The notes: generated from the letters alone by a model not told the origin. DNA of 64,000 bases from an uncultured Bacteroidales bacterium (GCA_902774275.1 CACYHN010000010.1:7074-71073); one strand, 5' to 3'. Positions 29,129 to 37,688 are shown, counted from the first letter of the stretch. Program-made: numbers and translations.

Positions 29129-30292
29129 TTAATATTCAAACGTTCCGTACTCGCTGTGAATAGTGAGGTGAGTGTGGTCTGAGGATTCGATGCGGCCGAT
29201 GATCTGGGCATCGATGCCGAATGACTTGCTGATGTCAATAACCTGCTGGGCGAACTCCTTGGGCAGATAGACCTCAAAGCGGTGACCGCAGTTGAATACC
29301 TTGTACATCTCTTTCCAGTCAGTACCGCTCTGCTCCTGAATAGTGCGGAACAGCGGCGGAATGGGGAAGAGGTTATCCTTTACTACATGTACGTTCTCAA
29401 CAAAGTGCAGGATCTTGGTCTGGGCACCGCCGGAGCAATGAACCATTCCGTGGATCTGCGGGCGCAATGCGTCGAGCAGTTTCTTTACTACAGGAGCGTA
29501 GGTACGGGTGGGTGAGAGCACCAGTTTGCCGGCATCAAGGGGTGAACCTTGAACCTTATCGGTCAGTTTTAGACCGCCTGAATATACCAGTTCCTCAGGT
29601 ACCGCATGGTCATATGTTTCAGGGTACTTCTTGGCTATATCCTTGCTGAATACATCGTGACGGGCGCTGGTAAGACCGTTGCTGCCCATACCGCCGTTGT
29701 ACTCCTTTTCATATGTAGCTTGTCCTGATGATGACAGACCTACTATAACGTCACCCGGACGTATATTGGCGTTATTGATAACGTCGCTACGTTTCATACG
29801 GCAGGTTACGGTGCTATCCACTATGATGGTGCGTACCAGATCACCTACATCGGCAGTCTCACCGCCTGTGGCGTAGGCTCCTACGCCCATTTCACGCAGT
29901 TCTGCCAGCAGTTCATCAGTTCCGTTTATGATGGCGCTGATTACGCTGCCGGGTACGAGGTTCTTGTTACGACCTATGGTGGAGCTTACCAGAATGTTAT
30001 CGACTGCACCTACGCATAGCAGGTCATCGATATTCATGATCAGGGCATCCTGTGCAATGCCTTTCCATACGGAGAGGTCACCCGTCTCTTTCCAGTAGGC
30101 GTAGGCCAAAGATGATTTTGTACCTGCACCATCGGCATGCATGATGTTGCAGTACTCCGGATCACCGCCCAGGATATCAGGTATGATCTTGCAGAAAGCC
30201 TTGGGATAGAGGCCTTTGTCTATGTTCTTGATGGCGTTGTGGACATCCTCCTTGGATGCCGATACGCCGCGTAGCATATAACGTTCGTTCAT
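29129..30292 (-). CDS. purM: Phosphoribosylformylglycinamidine cyclo-ligase (AIR synthase), long Bacteroidales form
   Basis: 387 aa. The N-terminus is RGVSASKEDVHNAI, and AIRS N/C domain motifs (DGAGTK, HCSGGAQTK) are present. Confidence 0.85.
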   Translation of the reverse strand: MNERYMLRGVSASKEDVHNAIKNIDKGLYPKAFCKIIPDILGGDPEYCNIMHADGAGTKSSLAYAYWKETGDLSVWKGIAQDALIMNIDDLLCVGAVDNILVSSTIGRNKNLVPGSVISAIINGTDELLAELREMGVGAYATGGETADVGDLVRTIIVDSTVTCRMKRSDVINNANIRPGDVIVGLSSSGQATYEKEYNGGMGSNGLTSARHDVFSKDIAKKYPETYDHAVPEELVYSGGLKLTDKVQGSPLDAGKLVLSPTRTYAPVVKKLLDALRPQIHGMVHCSGGAQTKILHFVENVHVVKDNLFPIPPLFRTIQEQSGTDWKEMYKVFNCGHRFEVYLPKEFAQQVIDISKSFGIDAQIIGRIESSDHTHLTIHSEYGTFEY

Positions 30293-30294
30293 AA

Positions 30295-30879
30295 TCAGAA
30301 TTGTACTGTGGGAGCCTTGTTTGCACCTTCCTCAGCCTCAAAATAGGGCTTCTTCTCAAAACCGAACATGCCTGCAATGATACTCTGCGGGAACTTACGG
30401 ATATAAGTGTTGAACTTTGAGGCCTCGTCGTTGAAGTTCTTACGCTCCACGGCAATGCGGTTCTCGGTACCCTCAAGCTGAGCCTGGAGTTCCTTGAAGT
30501 TTTCATTGGCCTTGAGTTCAGGATAAGACTCGCTGACGGCAATAAGGCGGCCCAATGCACCTCCAATCTCGTTTTGTGCCTTCTGGAACTCCTTGAGCTG
30601 ATCGGCGGTCATATTCTCAGGGTTGACCGTGATTGAGGTTGCCTTGGCGCGGGCGTTAACAACAGCCTCAAATGTAGATGTCTCATGCTGTGCATAGCCC
30701 TTGACGGTATTTACAAGGTTGGGGATGAGATCGGCGCGACGCTGATAGACGTTTTCCACATTGGCCCAGGCCTTGCTTACGGTCTCTTCCATTGTCACCA
30801 TGCTGTTGTTGACTTTGATACCCCAAATTACAATGACTGCTATTGCAGCAATGATAATCCAAGTACTTTTCTTTTTCAT
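30295..30879 (-). CDS. lemA: LemA family membrane protein
   Basis: 194 aa with an N-terminal TM, then the canonical LemA sequence WANVENVYQRRADLIPNLVNTVKGYAQHE ... ELQAQLEGTENRIAVER. Confidence 0.9.
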   Translation of the reverse strand: MKKKSTWIIIAAIAVIVIWGIKVNNSMVTMEETVSKAWANVENVYQRRADLIPNLVNTVKGYAQHETSTFEAVVNARAKATSITVNPENMTADQLKEFQKAQNEIGGALGRLIAVSESYPELKANENFKELQAQLEGTENRIAVERKNFNDEASKFNTYIRKFPQSIIAGMFGFEKKPYFEAEEGANKAPTVQF

Positions 30880-30908
30880 CTTTCTATAGTTAAAACATTT
30901 ACTTTCAA

Positions 30909-31790
30909 TTAAAAACGTGAACCGGCTCCTCCACCGCCAAAATGGCCTCCGCCATAGCTTCCGCCCATATGTCCGCCTCCGCCAAAACTGCCTCCAATGT
31001 GTGGGCCGCTACCGTGACTTCCTGTACCGGTTGAATAATAAGATGTGCGGTTTCTTGAGGTGATAAAACCACAGTGGCTGCACTTAAAGGTAAGAAGCTC
31101 TTTCTTAACGCCATTATGATTGGATATAGTTGAAATACTCACCTGTTTCAATGCAATCTTACCGCATTTGGGACATTTGCGGCTCTTTCTATACATAGCA
31201 ATCACTAATCCTGTGATTAGCAACAATATGCCAAGAAAAACATATAAAACCGATGTGTCAGCCAAATCATCATCGTCATCATCATATTCTCCCTTGAGTA
31301 GTATCTCCTTAAGAGCCTCTGCTCCTGCTATCATGCCTTCATCCCATTCGCCATTGGCAAAATGTGGGTTCATGTAGCGTTCCTGGACACGTTTGCAGAT
31401 GGCATCGGGTAATACTCCCTCAATGCCGTAACCTGTAGCGAACTGAACGCAACGTTCACCTGTGGAGAGCAGGATTACCAGTCCATTGTTGGAGCTGGAT
31501 CGGCCGACACCAACTTTCTCTGCGAGCTGGTGGGTAAACTCAAAGCAGTCATCCGGGTCAATTTCACCAACTACAGCCACCAGAGTCTGTATGCCGGTGC
31601 TGTCCTCGACGGTACGGAAAGCGGCGTCGATGCGTGTAACCGCCTGATCAGAGAGTATGCCGTCAGGATTAGAGGTGTATCGGCCTTGGTCCTGCAGATG
31701 TACTGGTGTGATATCGGCAGGCTTGTAAACCTTGGCCGATATGAATCCGCACAGCAGGACAAGAATAACCGATACTAACGTTTTCCTCAT
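30909..31790 (-). CDS. TPM-domain protein (YgcG-like) with TM helix, 4-Cys zinc-ribbon-like segment and Gly-rich tail
   Basis: 293 aa with a signal peptide and a TPM region (LSDQAVTRIDAAFRTVEDSTGIQTLVAVV, NNGLVILL). The TM is VLYVFLGILLLITGLVIAMY, followed by CPKCG...CSHCG and a GGSFGGGGHMGGSYGGGHFGGGG tail. The start overlaps the aroE stop (ATGA). Confidence 0.8.
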   Translation of the reverse strand: MRKTLVSVILVLLCGFISAKVYKPADITPVHLQDQGRYTSNPDGILSDQAVTRIDAAFRTVEDSTGIQTLVAVVGEIDPDDCFEFTHQLAEKVGVGRSSSNNGLVILLSTGERCVQFATGYGIEGVLPDAICKRVQERYMNPHFANGEWDEGMIAGAEALKEILLKGEYDDDDDDLADTSVLYVFLGILLLITGLVIAMYRKSRKCPKCGKIALKQVSISTISNHNGVKKELLTFKCSHCGFITSRNRTSYYSTGTGSHGSGPHIGGSFGGGGHMGGSYGGGHFGGGGAGSRF

Positions 31791-32830
31791 ACTTCAATGC
31801 TGTTCCAGATCTCCCAAGCGGCAACAGCTTGCTGCTCAAGCATATCCTTGCCGCCCTTGGCTGTAGCTCCATGCTCGCGTCCTTTCTTCATGAAGAGAGT
31901 CTCATCAGGATTGGCTATCACGTCAAGAAGCAGGTGTCTCTCTGACAGGAAGGTGTAAGGTATATCGGGGCATTGGTCTGTTTCCGGCCACATTCCCATG
32001 GGCGTGCAGTTTACGATCACGTCATAATCATCCATGATGGAGGGTGACAGTTCATAATAACCCAATATATCAAATGTGGAATTACGTGATACGAACTTAT
32101 TCTCTATGCCAAGTGTATCAAGAGCGTACTTGACGGCTTTTGATACGCCACCGGTACCTAAGATAAGGGCCTTGTGATGACCTTCAAGCAGAGCTCCGAA
32201 TGATTTGTTGAATCCAATCCAGTCTGTATTGTATCCTACTAGTTCTATGCCACCGTCACGGTGCAACACCTTTACAGTATTGACCGCTCCAATGGCTTGA
32301 GCTGTTTCATCCAGTCGGTCAAGAAATGGTTTGATATCCTGCTTGTAGGGTATGGTTACGTTGAAACCGCACAGATTGGGGTTGGCAGAAACCAGATTCT
32401 TTACCTGTTCAATCTCTTCAATTTCAAAATTCTCATAATAGGCATTGATATGCTGATTCCTGAAGAACTGGTTGAAACGTACTTTTGAAGTAGAGTGGGC
32501 CAGAGGTTTACCTATCAGACCAAACAGATGACCGTATGAACTGTAGTCCTTGCTTACAGGCTGCGGTTGGGGTTTGGGCTGCTCGTATTTAGGTTCAGGC
32601 TCCGGTTCATTATAGACAGGCTCCGGCTCCGGTTCATTGTATGCAGGCTTGAACTCCGGTTCATCACCCATGGGTATCGGCTCAAAATCCGGATCCTTTC
32701 CCTCAGACTGCTGCGAATCGGCAGATTCCTGCTTATTGAAAGAGGAATCATTAGGATTATTCAATGCGTTGTTTACTGCCTTTGAGATGACAAACAGTAC
32801 GCAACCTAATATGATAAATAAAGAAAACAT
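31787..32830 (-). CDS. aroE: Shikimate dehydrogenase with a ~100-aa N-terminal extension (hydrophobic anchor + Pro/Glu-rich repeats)
   Basis: 347 aa. The AroE core starts at residue ~100 (GLIGKPLAHSTSK ... NVTIPYK ... NTDW ... GTGGVSKAV). The extension [19 protein letters not shown] + DEPEFKPAY/NEPEPEPVY/NEPEPEPKY is in frame, with no alternative start codon before the core. The ATG overlaps the purC TAA by 1 nt. Confidence 0.8.
   Translation of the reverse strand: MFSLFIILGCVLFVISKAVNNALNNPNDSSFNKQESADSQQSEGKDPDFEPIPMGDEPEFKPAYNEPEPEPVYNEPEPEPKYEQPKPQPQPVSKDYSSYGHLFGLIGKPLAHSTSKVRFNQFFRNQHINAYYENFEIEEIEQVKNLVSANPNLCGFNVTIPYKQDIKPFLDRLDETAQAIGAVNTVKVLHRDGGIELVGYNTDWIGFNKSFGALLEGHHKALILGTGGVSKAVKYALDTLGIENKFVSRNSTFDILGYYELSPSIMDDYDVIVNCTPMGMWPETDQCPDIPYTFLSERHLLLDVIANPDETLFMKKGREHGATAKGGKDMLEQQAVAAWEIWNSIEV
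32585..32665 (-). repeat. Coding tandem repeat, 3 x 27 nt (DEPEFKPAY / NEPEPEPVY / NEPEPEPKY) inside the aroE N-terminal extension
   Basis: Seen in both the translation and the nucleotide sequence (ggctccggttcatt..ta repeated). Confidence 0.75.
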
Positions 32831-33777
32831 TATTTCTTGTTCAACCAGTTGGTTACGTTCTTCTCAATGCGTGAGGCCAGATCTGTGCCACTCTCTTTTA
32901 CGAATTTCTCACCTACTATGTGCTCGTAGAGCTCGATATAGCGGTCTGATACGCTGTCAGCGTAAGCATCGGTAATCTCAGGCATAACCTGACCGGGCTG
33001 GTTCATGAAGTTGTGCTCAATGAGCCACTGGCGTACGAACTCCTTGGAGAGCTGTTTCTGGGGCTCGCCCTTCTCAAATTTCTCCTGATATCCGTCAGCG
33101 TAGAAATAACGTGAACTGTCAGGGGTATGTATCTCATCAATCAGATATACCTTACCGTCACGCTTGCCGAACTCATACTTTGTGTCAACCAGAATGAGGC
33201 CTTTCTGGGCTGCAATCTCGGTGCCGCGCTTAAAGAGGGCACGGGTGTACTTCTCCATAACCTCATAATCCTCCTTGCTTACCAGGCCCTGGGCAATGAT
33301 CTCCTCCTTGGAGATATTCTCATCATGACCCTCCTCAGCCTTGGTGGTGGGGGTGATAAGAGGCTCCGGGAACTTCTGGTTCTCCTTCATACCCTCAGGC
33401 AGGATGTTTCCGCAAAGGTTGCGGCAGCCGTTCTTATAGTCACGCCATGCAGAACCGGTCAGGTAACCGCGGATAATCATCTCAACGCGGAAACCATCGC
33501 ACTTGAGGCCTACGGTTACCATAGGATCAGGAGTGGCCAGTTTCCAGTTGGGGCATATGTCTGCCGTAGCATCCAGGAACTTGGCGGCAATCTGGTTGAG
33601 CACCTGGCCCTTGAAGGGAATACCCTTGGGCAGGATAACGTCAAAGGCCGATATACGGTCAGTTGCAACCATGACCATCAGGTCATCATCAATGTTATAC
33701 ACATCACGTACCTTGCCGTGATAAACACTCTTCTGTCCTTTGAAGTTGAAGTCAGTTCTTGTAAGTGCGTTACTCAT
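32830..33777 (-). CDS. purC: Phosphoribosylaminoimidazole-succinocarboxamide (SAICAR) synthase
   Basis: 315 aa, long-form PurC, with [15 protein letters not shown] and LVDTKYEFG. Confidence 0.9.
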   Translation of the reverse strand: MSNALTRTDFNFKGQKSVYHGKVRDVYNIDDDLMVMVATDRISAFDVILPKGIPFKGQVLNQIAAKFLDATADICPNWKLATPDPMVTVGLKCDGFRVEMIIRGYLTGSAWRDYKNGCRNLCGNILPEGMKENQKFPEPLITPTTKAEEGHDENISKEEIIAQGLVSKEDYEVMEKYTRALFKRGTEIAAQKGLILVDTKYEFGKRDGKVYLIDEIHTPDSSRYFYADGYQEKFEKGEPQKQLSKEFVRQWLIEHNFMNQPGQVMPEITDAYADSVSDRYIELYEHIVGEKFVKESGTDLASRIEKNVTNWLNKK

Positions 33778-34753
33778 CTTTATTTTGTTTTATTGTTCTT
33801 TTTTTGTCAGTCTTGTGTGCTTGCTCGTAACGGTCATACGCATCTACAACACGTGTCACGAGCTTATGGCGTACGATATCCTTCTTTGTCATGCGAATAA
33901 TGCTCAGCCCCTCAACACCGTCAAGTACCTCAAGCGCCTGTACCAGACCTGATATCTGTGTAGGTGGCAGGTCTATCTGAGTGAGATCACCTGTAACAAT
34001 CATCTTGGTGTTCCAGCCCATGCGGGTAAGGAACATCTTGATCTGCTGCGGAGTGGTGTTCTGGGCCTCATCAAGAATGACTACGGCATCATTCAGAGTG
34101 CGGCCGCGCATGAAAGCAAGCGGGGCGATCTGTATTATGTTGAAATCCATGTACTCCTTGAGCTTGGCCGTAGGAATCATATCCTGCAGCGCGTCATACA
34201 GGGGTTGCAGGAACGGATCAATCTTTTCACGCATATCGCCCGGAAGGAATCCCAGTTTCTCACCGGCCTCAACGGCAGGGCGGCAAAGCACAATGCGTTT
34301 CACCTCCTTGTTTTTGAGGGCACGTACTGCCAGAGCTATTGCGGTATAGGTCTTACCTGAACCGGCAGGGCCAATGGCAAAGAGCATATCATGCGTAGCG
34401 TAGTCAGTAACCAGCTTCTTCTGGTTCACGCTGCGGGGTAGGATAGGGCGTCCGGTAACCCCAAAAAGTATTACATCTGAACTTTTTTCACCGTTGGGCT
34501 CTTCTCCGTTTACGATATCTACAATAACCTCTTCTTTAAGTGAATTGTATTTGGCGCAGTACATCTCAAGCTGGCGCACTGCCTGTTCAAAGCGGGCTGT
34601 CTCATCCTCATCGCCCATGATTCGTAGCACATTGCCGCGTGCCACTATGCGCAGCTTAGGGAACAGGGCCTTAAGCAACTGCATATTGGTATTATTTACC
34701 CCATAAAATACCGCGGGGTCAGCGTCATCCAGGACAATGTGCTTTTCCAACAT
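33770..34753 (-). CDS. phoH: PhoH family ATPase
   Basis: 327 aa with Walker [24 protein letters not shown] and the PhoH signature [11 protein letters not shown]. Confidence 0.9.
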   Translation of the reverse strand: MLEKHIVLDDADPAVFYGVNNTNMQLLKALFPKLRIVARGNVLRIMGDEDETARFEQAVRQLEMYCAKYNSLKEEVIVDIVNGEEPNGEKSSDVILFGVTGRPILPRSVNQKKLVTDYATHDMLFAIGPAGSGKTYTAIALAVRALKNKEVKRIVLCRPAVEAGEKLGFLPGDMREKIDPFLQPLYDALQDMIPTAKLKEYMDFNIIQIAPLAFMRGRTLNDAVVILDEAQNTTPQQIKMFLTRMGWNTKMIVTGDLTQIDLPPTQISGLVQALEVLDGVEGLSIIRMTKKDIVRHKLVTRVVDAYDRYEQAHKTDKKRTIKQNKDE

Positions 34754-34777
34754 CTTTTTTCTTATTCTTTAGAGGTA

Positions 34778-35533
34778 TTATTTCTTGTATACAGGGCGGA
34801 TGGGCAATCCCATGTAACGCTCTTCATATGATGAATTGACAGGATTTGTTGGCTTTGTTAATTTCAATATACTTGCATTGTTATTGTGTCTTTCAGAAAT
34901 TTTATTGTCATAAAGTTCTTTAGACCAATAGAATCCATAATCTCCGGAATACAGTAGTTCGTTTAAATCCAGTTTACCTGCTAGAGGGATAAAAATGCTG
35001 TTTCCATTATCTTTACTGGTAAACAGATAACCCCAAACTCCGTTGTACTTGCCACATCTCCAATCGCATCTGTAAAGCAGTTGCTCAAAATCCGTTTTTG
35101 TAGGTATGCTCCATTTGCTGCCTAAACGCTTTGTCGCTACATCATCCTCAGCATCCAGCTTTTTTTTGTTATCAGATATGTTGTTGAAGGTGTTTTGGGC
35201 GTCTGTACTGTATTTGTTAATTTTAAAACGGTCGTTATTACAAAGAGAGTATGTATTCCAATCATAATTATTCTTGGTTTCAGTTTCTCCCCAAGCAAAG
35301 TATTCACCGAAATGCTCGGGGGATGCGGCACCTATATTGCATGTTGCCCATAGTTTGGAAACCCCATAGCCCATGTCCACGACGTAATAATCTTTACCAT
35401 CATCAGCTCTTACAAGAGTTGCTCCTTTGTTTACGTCACCAGAAGGAATCTCGTCTTCATCCTCTTTCTCGCATCCGGTCAGCACGGTCAGTACGGCAAT
35501 TGTTGCTAATGCCCAAGTAAATGATTTTTTCAT
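34778..35533 (-). CDS. Lipoprotein with a DUF1566/FISUMP-like domain (paralog of 47075-48031)
   Basis: I prefer the ATG at 35533, which gives MKKSFTWALATIAVLTVLTGC (lipobox). The domain strings are LWATCNIGA, YFAWGETE, WSIPTKTDFEQLL, IFIPLAG and GFYWS. Confidence 0.6.
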   Translation of the reverse strand: MKKSFTWALATIAVLTVLTGCEKEDEDEIPSGDVNKGATLVRADDGKDYYVVDMGYGVSKLWATCNIGAASPEHFGEYFAWGETETKNNYDWNTYSLCNNDRFKINKYSTDAQNTFNNISDNKKKLDAEDDVATKRLGSKWSIPTKTDFEQLLYRCDWRCGKYNGVWGYLFTSKDNGNSIFIPLAGKLDLNELLYSGDYGFYWSKELYDNKISERHNNNASILKLTKPTNPVNSSYEERYMGLPIRPVYKK

Positions 35534-35552
35534 TTTGCAATTATTGTTTAGG

Positions 35553-36269
35553 TTATTGTTCATGTTGCGAAGTTAATAATTTTTTCTCAGCTATATACAT
35601 ACGGCATACTCCGAACATGAACTGACGTGCCTTGACGGTGGCGTATCCGGCCTCCTGGAGCATCGGGATGAACTTTTCCGGGAGAGGGAATTTGAGTATG
35701 GAATCCGGAAGATAGGTAAAGGCACCTGTGTTTCCGGTCATGCCTGCTCCTATTTTGGGCAGTATCTTGAGTGAGTAGAACTTGTACAGGCTGAATATGA
35801 ATCTGTTCTTGGGGTAGGAGAGTTCAAGTATTATCAATTTGCCTCCGGGCTTGAGCACTCTGAGCATCTCTTTAAGCCCCTGCATGAGATTCTCAAAGTT
35901 ACGTACTCCGAATGCCACGCACACGCGGTCAAACGTCCCGTCCTGGAAACGCAGGTTCTCAGCATCACCCGGTTCAAGGTCAATGGGCAGATCCTTGCAT
36001 TTGGCCTTTCCAACCTCAAGCATGCCCTCTGAAAGGTCTATCCCGATGACGTGTGAGCCCGGAGCCGCTTTCCTGGATACGGCTATGGCAAAATCAGCTG
36101 TACCGGTAGCCACGTCAAGCACCTCTATGGGCTGGTCTGTATCGGCTATGGCACGCACTGCCTTGCGGCGCCATGAACGGTCAGCACCGAATGATGATAT
36201 ATGGTTGAAACGGTCATACTTGACTGCAATGTCATCAAAAAGCTCGCGTATTCCTTCTTTCTTGGGCAT
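35553..36269 (-). CDS. ubiE: Demethylmenaquinone / ubiquinone methyltransferase
   Basis: The track start (36311) is TTG, so I use the ATG at 36269 (MPKKEGIRELFDDIAVKYDRFNH). The SAM motif is VLDVATGTADFA, and the C-terminal part reads LKPGGKLIILELS... Confidence 0.85.
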   Translation of the reverse strand: MPKKEGIRELFDDIAVKYDRFNHISSFGADRSWRRKAVRAIADTDQPIEVLDVATGTADFAIAVSRKAAPGSHVIGIDLSEGMLEVGKAKCKDLPIDLEPGDAENLRFQDGTFDRVCVAFGVRNFENLMQGLKEMLRVLKPGGKLIILELSYPKNRFIFSLYKFYSLKILPKIGAGMTGNTGAFTYLPDSILKFPLPEKFIPMLQEAGYATVKARQFMFGVCRMYIAEKKLLTSQHEQ

Positions 36270-36273
36270 AAAA

Positions 36274-37170
36274 CTATTGTAAGATATAACCTGTGCCTGC
36301 AAGCAGGGCAAAGATGAATGTGGATATTACCAGCATGGGCAGCATAGGGTCAAGGTCACGGCCGGAATGTTTCCAGATGCCTGACAGATGCTTTACATAA
36401 AGCGGCAATGTGATAATATAAAGGTATGGCTGCCAGCCGCGTGTAAACAGTATCGTGTAAAGTATCATAAGAACCCATCCGCCTGTGATGAGTACAGTAT
36501 GATATATTTTTGCCCGATGCTCTCCCAGCTTAAGTGGTACGGTCACGCGGGTGCCTGCATCGGATTTCATGTCACGCATATTGTTCACGTTGAGCACTCC
36601 TACGCTGAACAGTCCGATGGCTGCTCCGGAGATCAAGGTGGGGAGTTCAAGCGCTTGCGCGCATACAAAGAAACCTCCCGTAACAGGAACAATCCCAAAG
36701 AAAATGAATACGAAAATATCACCTAATCCCCTGTATCCGTAAGGCTTGTTTCCTAGTGTGTAGTGCATGGCTGCCCAGATGGCTGCAGCACCCAGTACTA
36801 CCAGTATTTCAGATTCAATGCGGAATATGGTCCCGAATGAGGCCCGTATCATGCCAAGCCCAAAGATGCAGCATACCAGTACCATTATCCTGATGCAAGA
36901 CCGCATCTCATCCTCAGTCAGTCCGCCGCCCTCAATCCCGTACTTAGGTCCTTCACGCCCTTGCCCATCAACGCCGCTAAGCCAGTCGCCCAGTTCATTG
37001 GACATGTTGGAAAGAATCTGTAGTGAAACAGTGGTCAATATGGTAAGCAGAATGACGTACCATGCCACCTGATGCTCAGCACAAGCCAACATAATACCTA
37101 GCACAATTCCCGCCGTAGAGAGCGGCAGAGTGCGCAAACGCATTGAACGAATAACGGCTTTTGATGTCAT
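36274..37170 (-). CDS. menA: 1,4-dihydroxy-2-naphthoate polyprenyltransferase
   Basis: UbiA-family membrane protein. The start is the ATG at 37170 (MTSKAVIRSMRLRTLPLS), and the motif is NMSNELGDWLSGVDG. The 27 codons upstream in the track ORF translate the heptamer repeat and are rejected. Confidence 0.85.
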   Translation of the reverse strand: MTSKAVIRSMRLRTLPLSTAGIVLGIMLACAEHQVAWYVILLTILTTVSLQILSNMSNELGDWLSGVDGQGREGPKYGIEGGGLTEDEMRSCIRIMVLVCCIFGLGMIRASFGTIFRIESEILVVLGAAAIWAAMHYTLGNKPYGYRGLGDIFVFIFFGIVPVTGGFFVCAQALELPTLISGAAIGLFSVGVLNVNNMRDMKSDAGTRVTVPLKLGEHRAKIYHTVLITGGWVLMILYTILFTRGWQPYLYIITLPLYVKHLSGIWKHSGRDLDPMLPMLVISTFIFALLAGTGYILQ

Positions 37171-37194
37171 GGTGCAAAGGTACGAAACAATCAG

Positions 37195-37229
37195 TTGAGA
37201 ATTGAAAATTGAAAATTGAAAATTGAAAA
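37195..37229. repeat. Tandem heptamer TTGAGAA + (TTGAAAA)x4
   Basis: Read directly; five contiguous 7-nt units between the menA start and the tRNA-Cys terminator region. Confidence 0.85.
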
Positions 37230-37237
37230 AAGGTAGT

Positions 37238-37253
37238 CCAGGTACCTCCAAAC
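37238..37253. repeat. 16-nt inverted copy of the tRNA-Cys 3' end (ccaggtacctccaaac; partner 37282-37297)
   Basis: It is the exact reverse complement of gtttggaggtacctgg, which spans the tRNA acceptor/CCA end plus 3 nt downstream. Confidence 0.8.
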
Positions 37254-37277
37254 AAAAAACCGACCTTTAGGCCGGTT
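37254..37277 (-). terminator. Intrinsic terminator downstream of tRNA-Cys
   Basis: The minus-strand RNA reads AACCGGCC-UAAA-GGUCGGUU (8 bp, one G.U) followed by UUUUUUG. Confidence 0.75.
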
Positions 37278-37284
37278 ATTCGTT

Positions 37285-37358
37285 TGGAGGTACCTGGCGG
37301 ACTCGAACCGCCGTACTCGGTTTTGCAGACCGATACCTAGCCGCTCGGTCAAGGTACC
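37285..37358 (-). tRNA. tRNA-Cys (anticodon GCA), CCA encoded
   Basis: Folded by hand as 74 nt: GGTACCT-TG-ACCGAGCGGCTAGGTA-TCGGT-CTGCAAA-ACCGA-GTAC-GGCGG-TTCGAGT-CCGCC-AGGTACC-T-CCA. The acceptor stem is 7 bp, the anticodon loop CTGCAAA carries GCA, the T-loop is TTCGAGT, and discriminator U73 is typical of tRNA-Cys. Confidence 0.9.
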
Positions 37359-37381
37359 ATTTGCATTTGCGGTTGCAAAGG

Positions 37382-37389
37382 CAAAGGTA
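37382..37389 (-). promoter_or_regulatory. Candidate -7 promoter box (TACCTTTG) for tRNA-Cys
   Basis: The minus-strand sequence tacctttg matches TAnnTTTG, 24 nt upstream of the mature tRNA 5' end. Confidence 0.45.
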
Positions 37390-37636
37390 ACCAGATTTTT
37401 TGAAAACCATCTTATAACTGATTTATTTTTTTATCCTAATAAAAGGTTAGGAACTCTCAATATTTGTAAAACATGTATAATTTGTAATTTTAACCATGTT
37501 TTTGGAACAAATACTAATCATTTTGCAAAGAATAAATCAGTTCGTGAATAATTCTACGACTATTTTTGCTACAGACAAAAACGAAATATCCTATTCTTAA
37601 TATCTTAAAATCTAATTTTCCAATAATTGAAATCAA

Positions 37637-37675
37637 CGACCCCTTTATGACGTGAAACAAGTCATGAAGGGGTCG
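37637..37675 (-). terminator. Hairpin downstream of clpB (probable terminator)
   Basis: A 15-bp stem with one mismatch (cgacccctttatgac / gtcatgaaggggtcg) and a 9-nt loop, 13 nt after the clpB stop. The T-tract is weak (TTGATTT). Confidence 0.55.
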
Positions 37676-37688
37676 AAGATTTATTGCT

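Noticed and set aside
30905-31114. 69-aa ORF overlapping the 3' end of the TPM gene
   Set aside because: It is an alternative-frame reading of the Gly-rich tail region of a well-supported gene and has no independent support.
1-37229. Heptamer arrays or the TGACCCAAAAGGGAC palindromes as CRISPR arrays
   Set aside because: The units are 7 nt tandem without spacers, or single hairpins. No 25-40-nt repeats are interspaced by unique spacers, and there are no cas genes.
37171-37251. N-terminal 27 codons of the track ORF for menA ([27 protein letters not shown])
   Set aside because: These codons translate the (TTGAAAA)n repeat and the inverted tRNA-end copy. The conserved MenA sequence begins at the ATG at 37170.
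37238-37358. tRNA-Cys as an integration site of a mobile element (att repeat)
   Set aside because: The duplicate of the tRNA 3' end is inverted rather than direct. No integrase, excisionase or foreign-looking gene block lies on either side. I kept it only as a low-interest structural observation.
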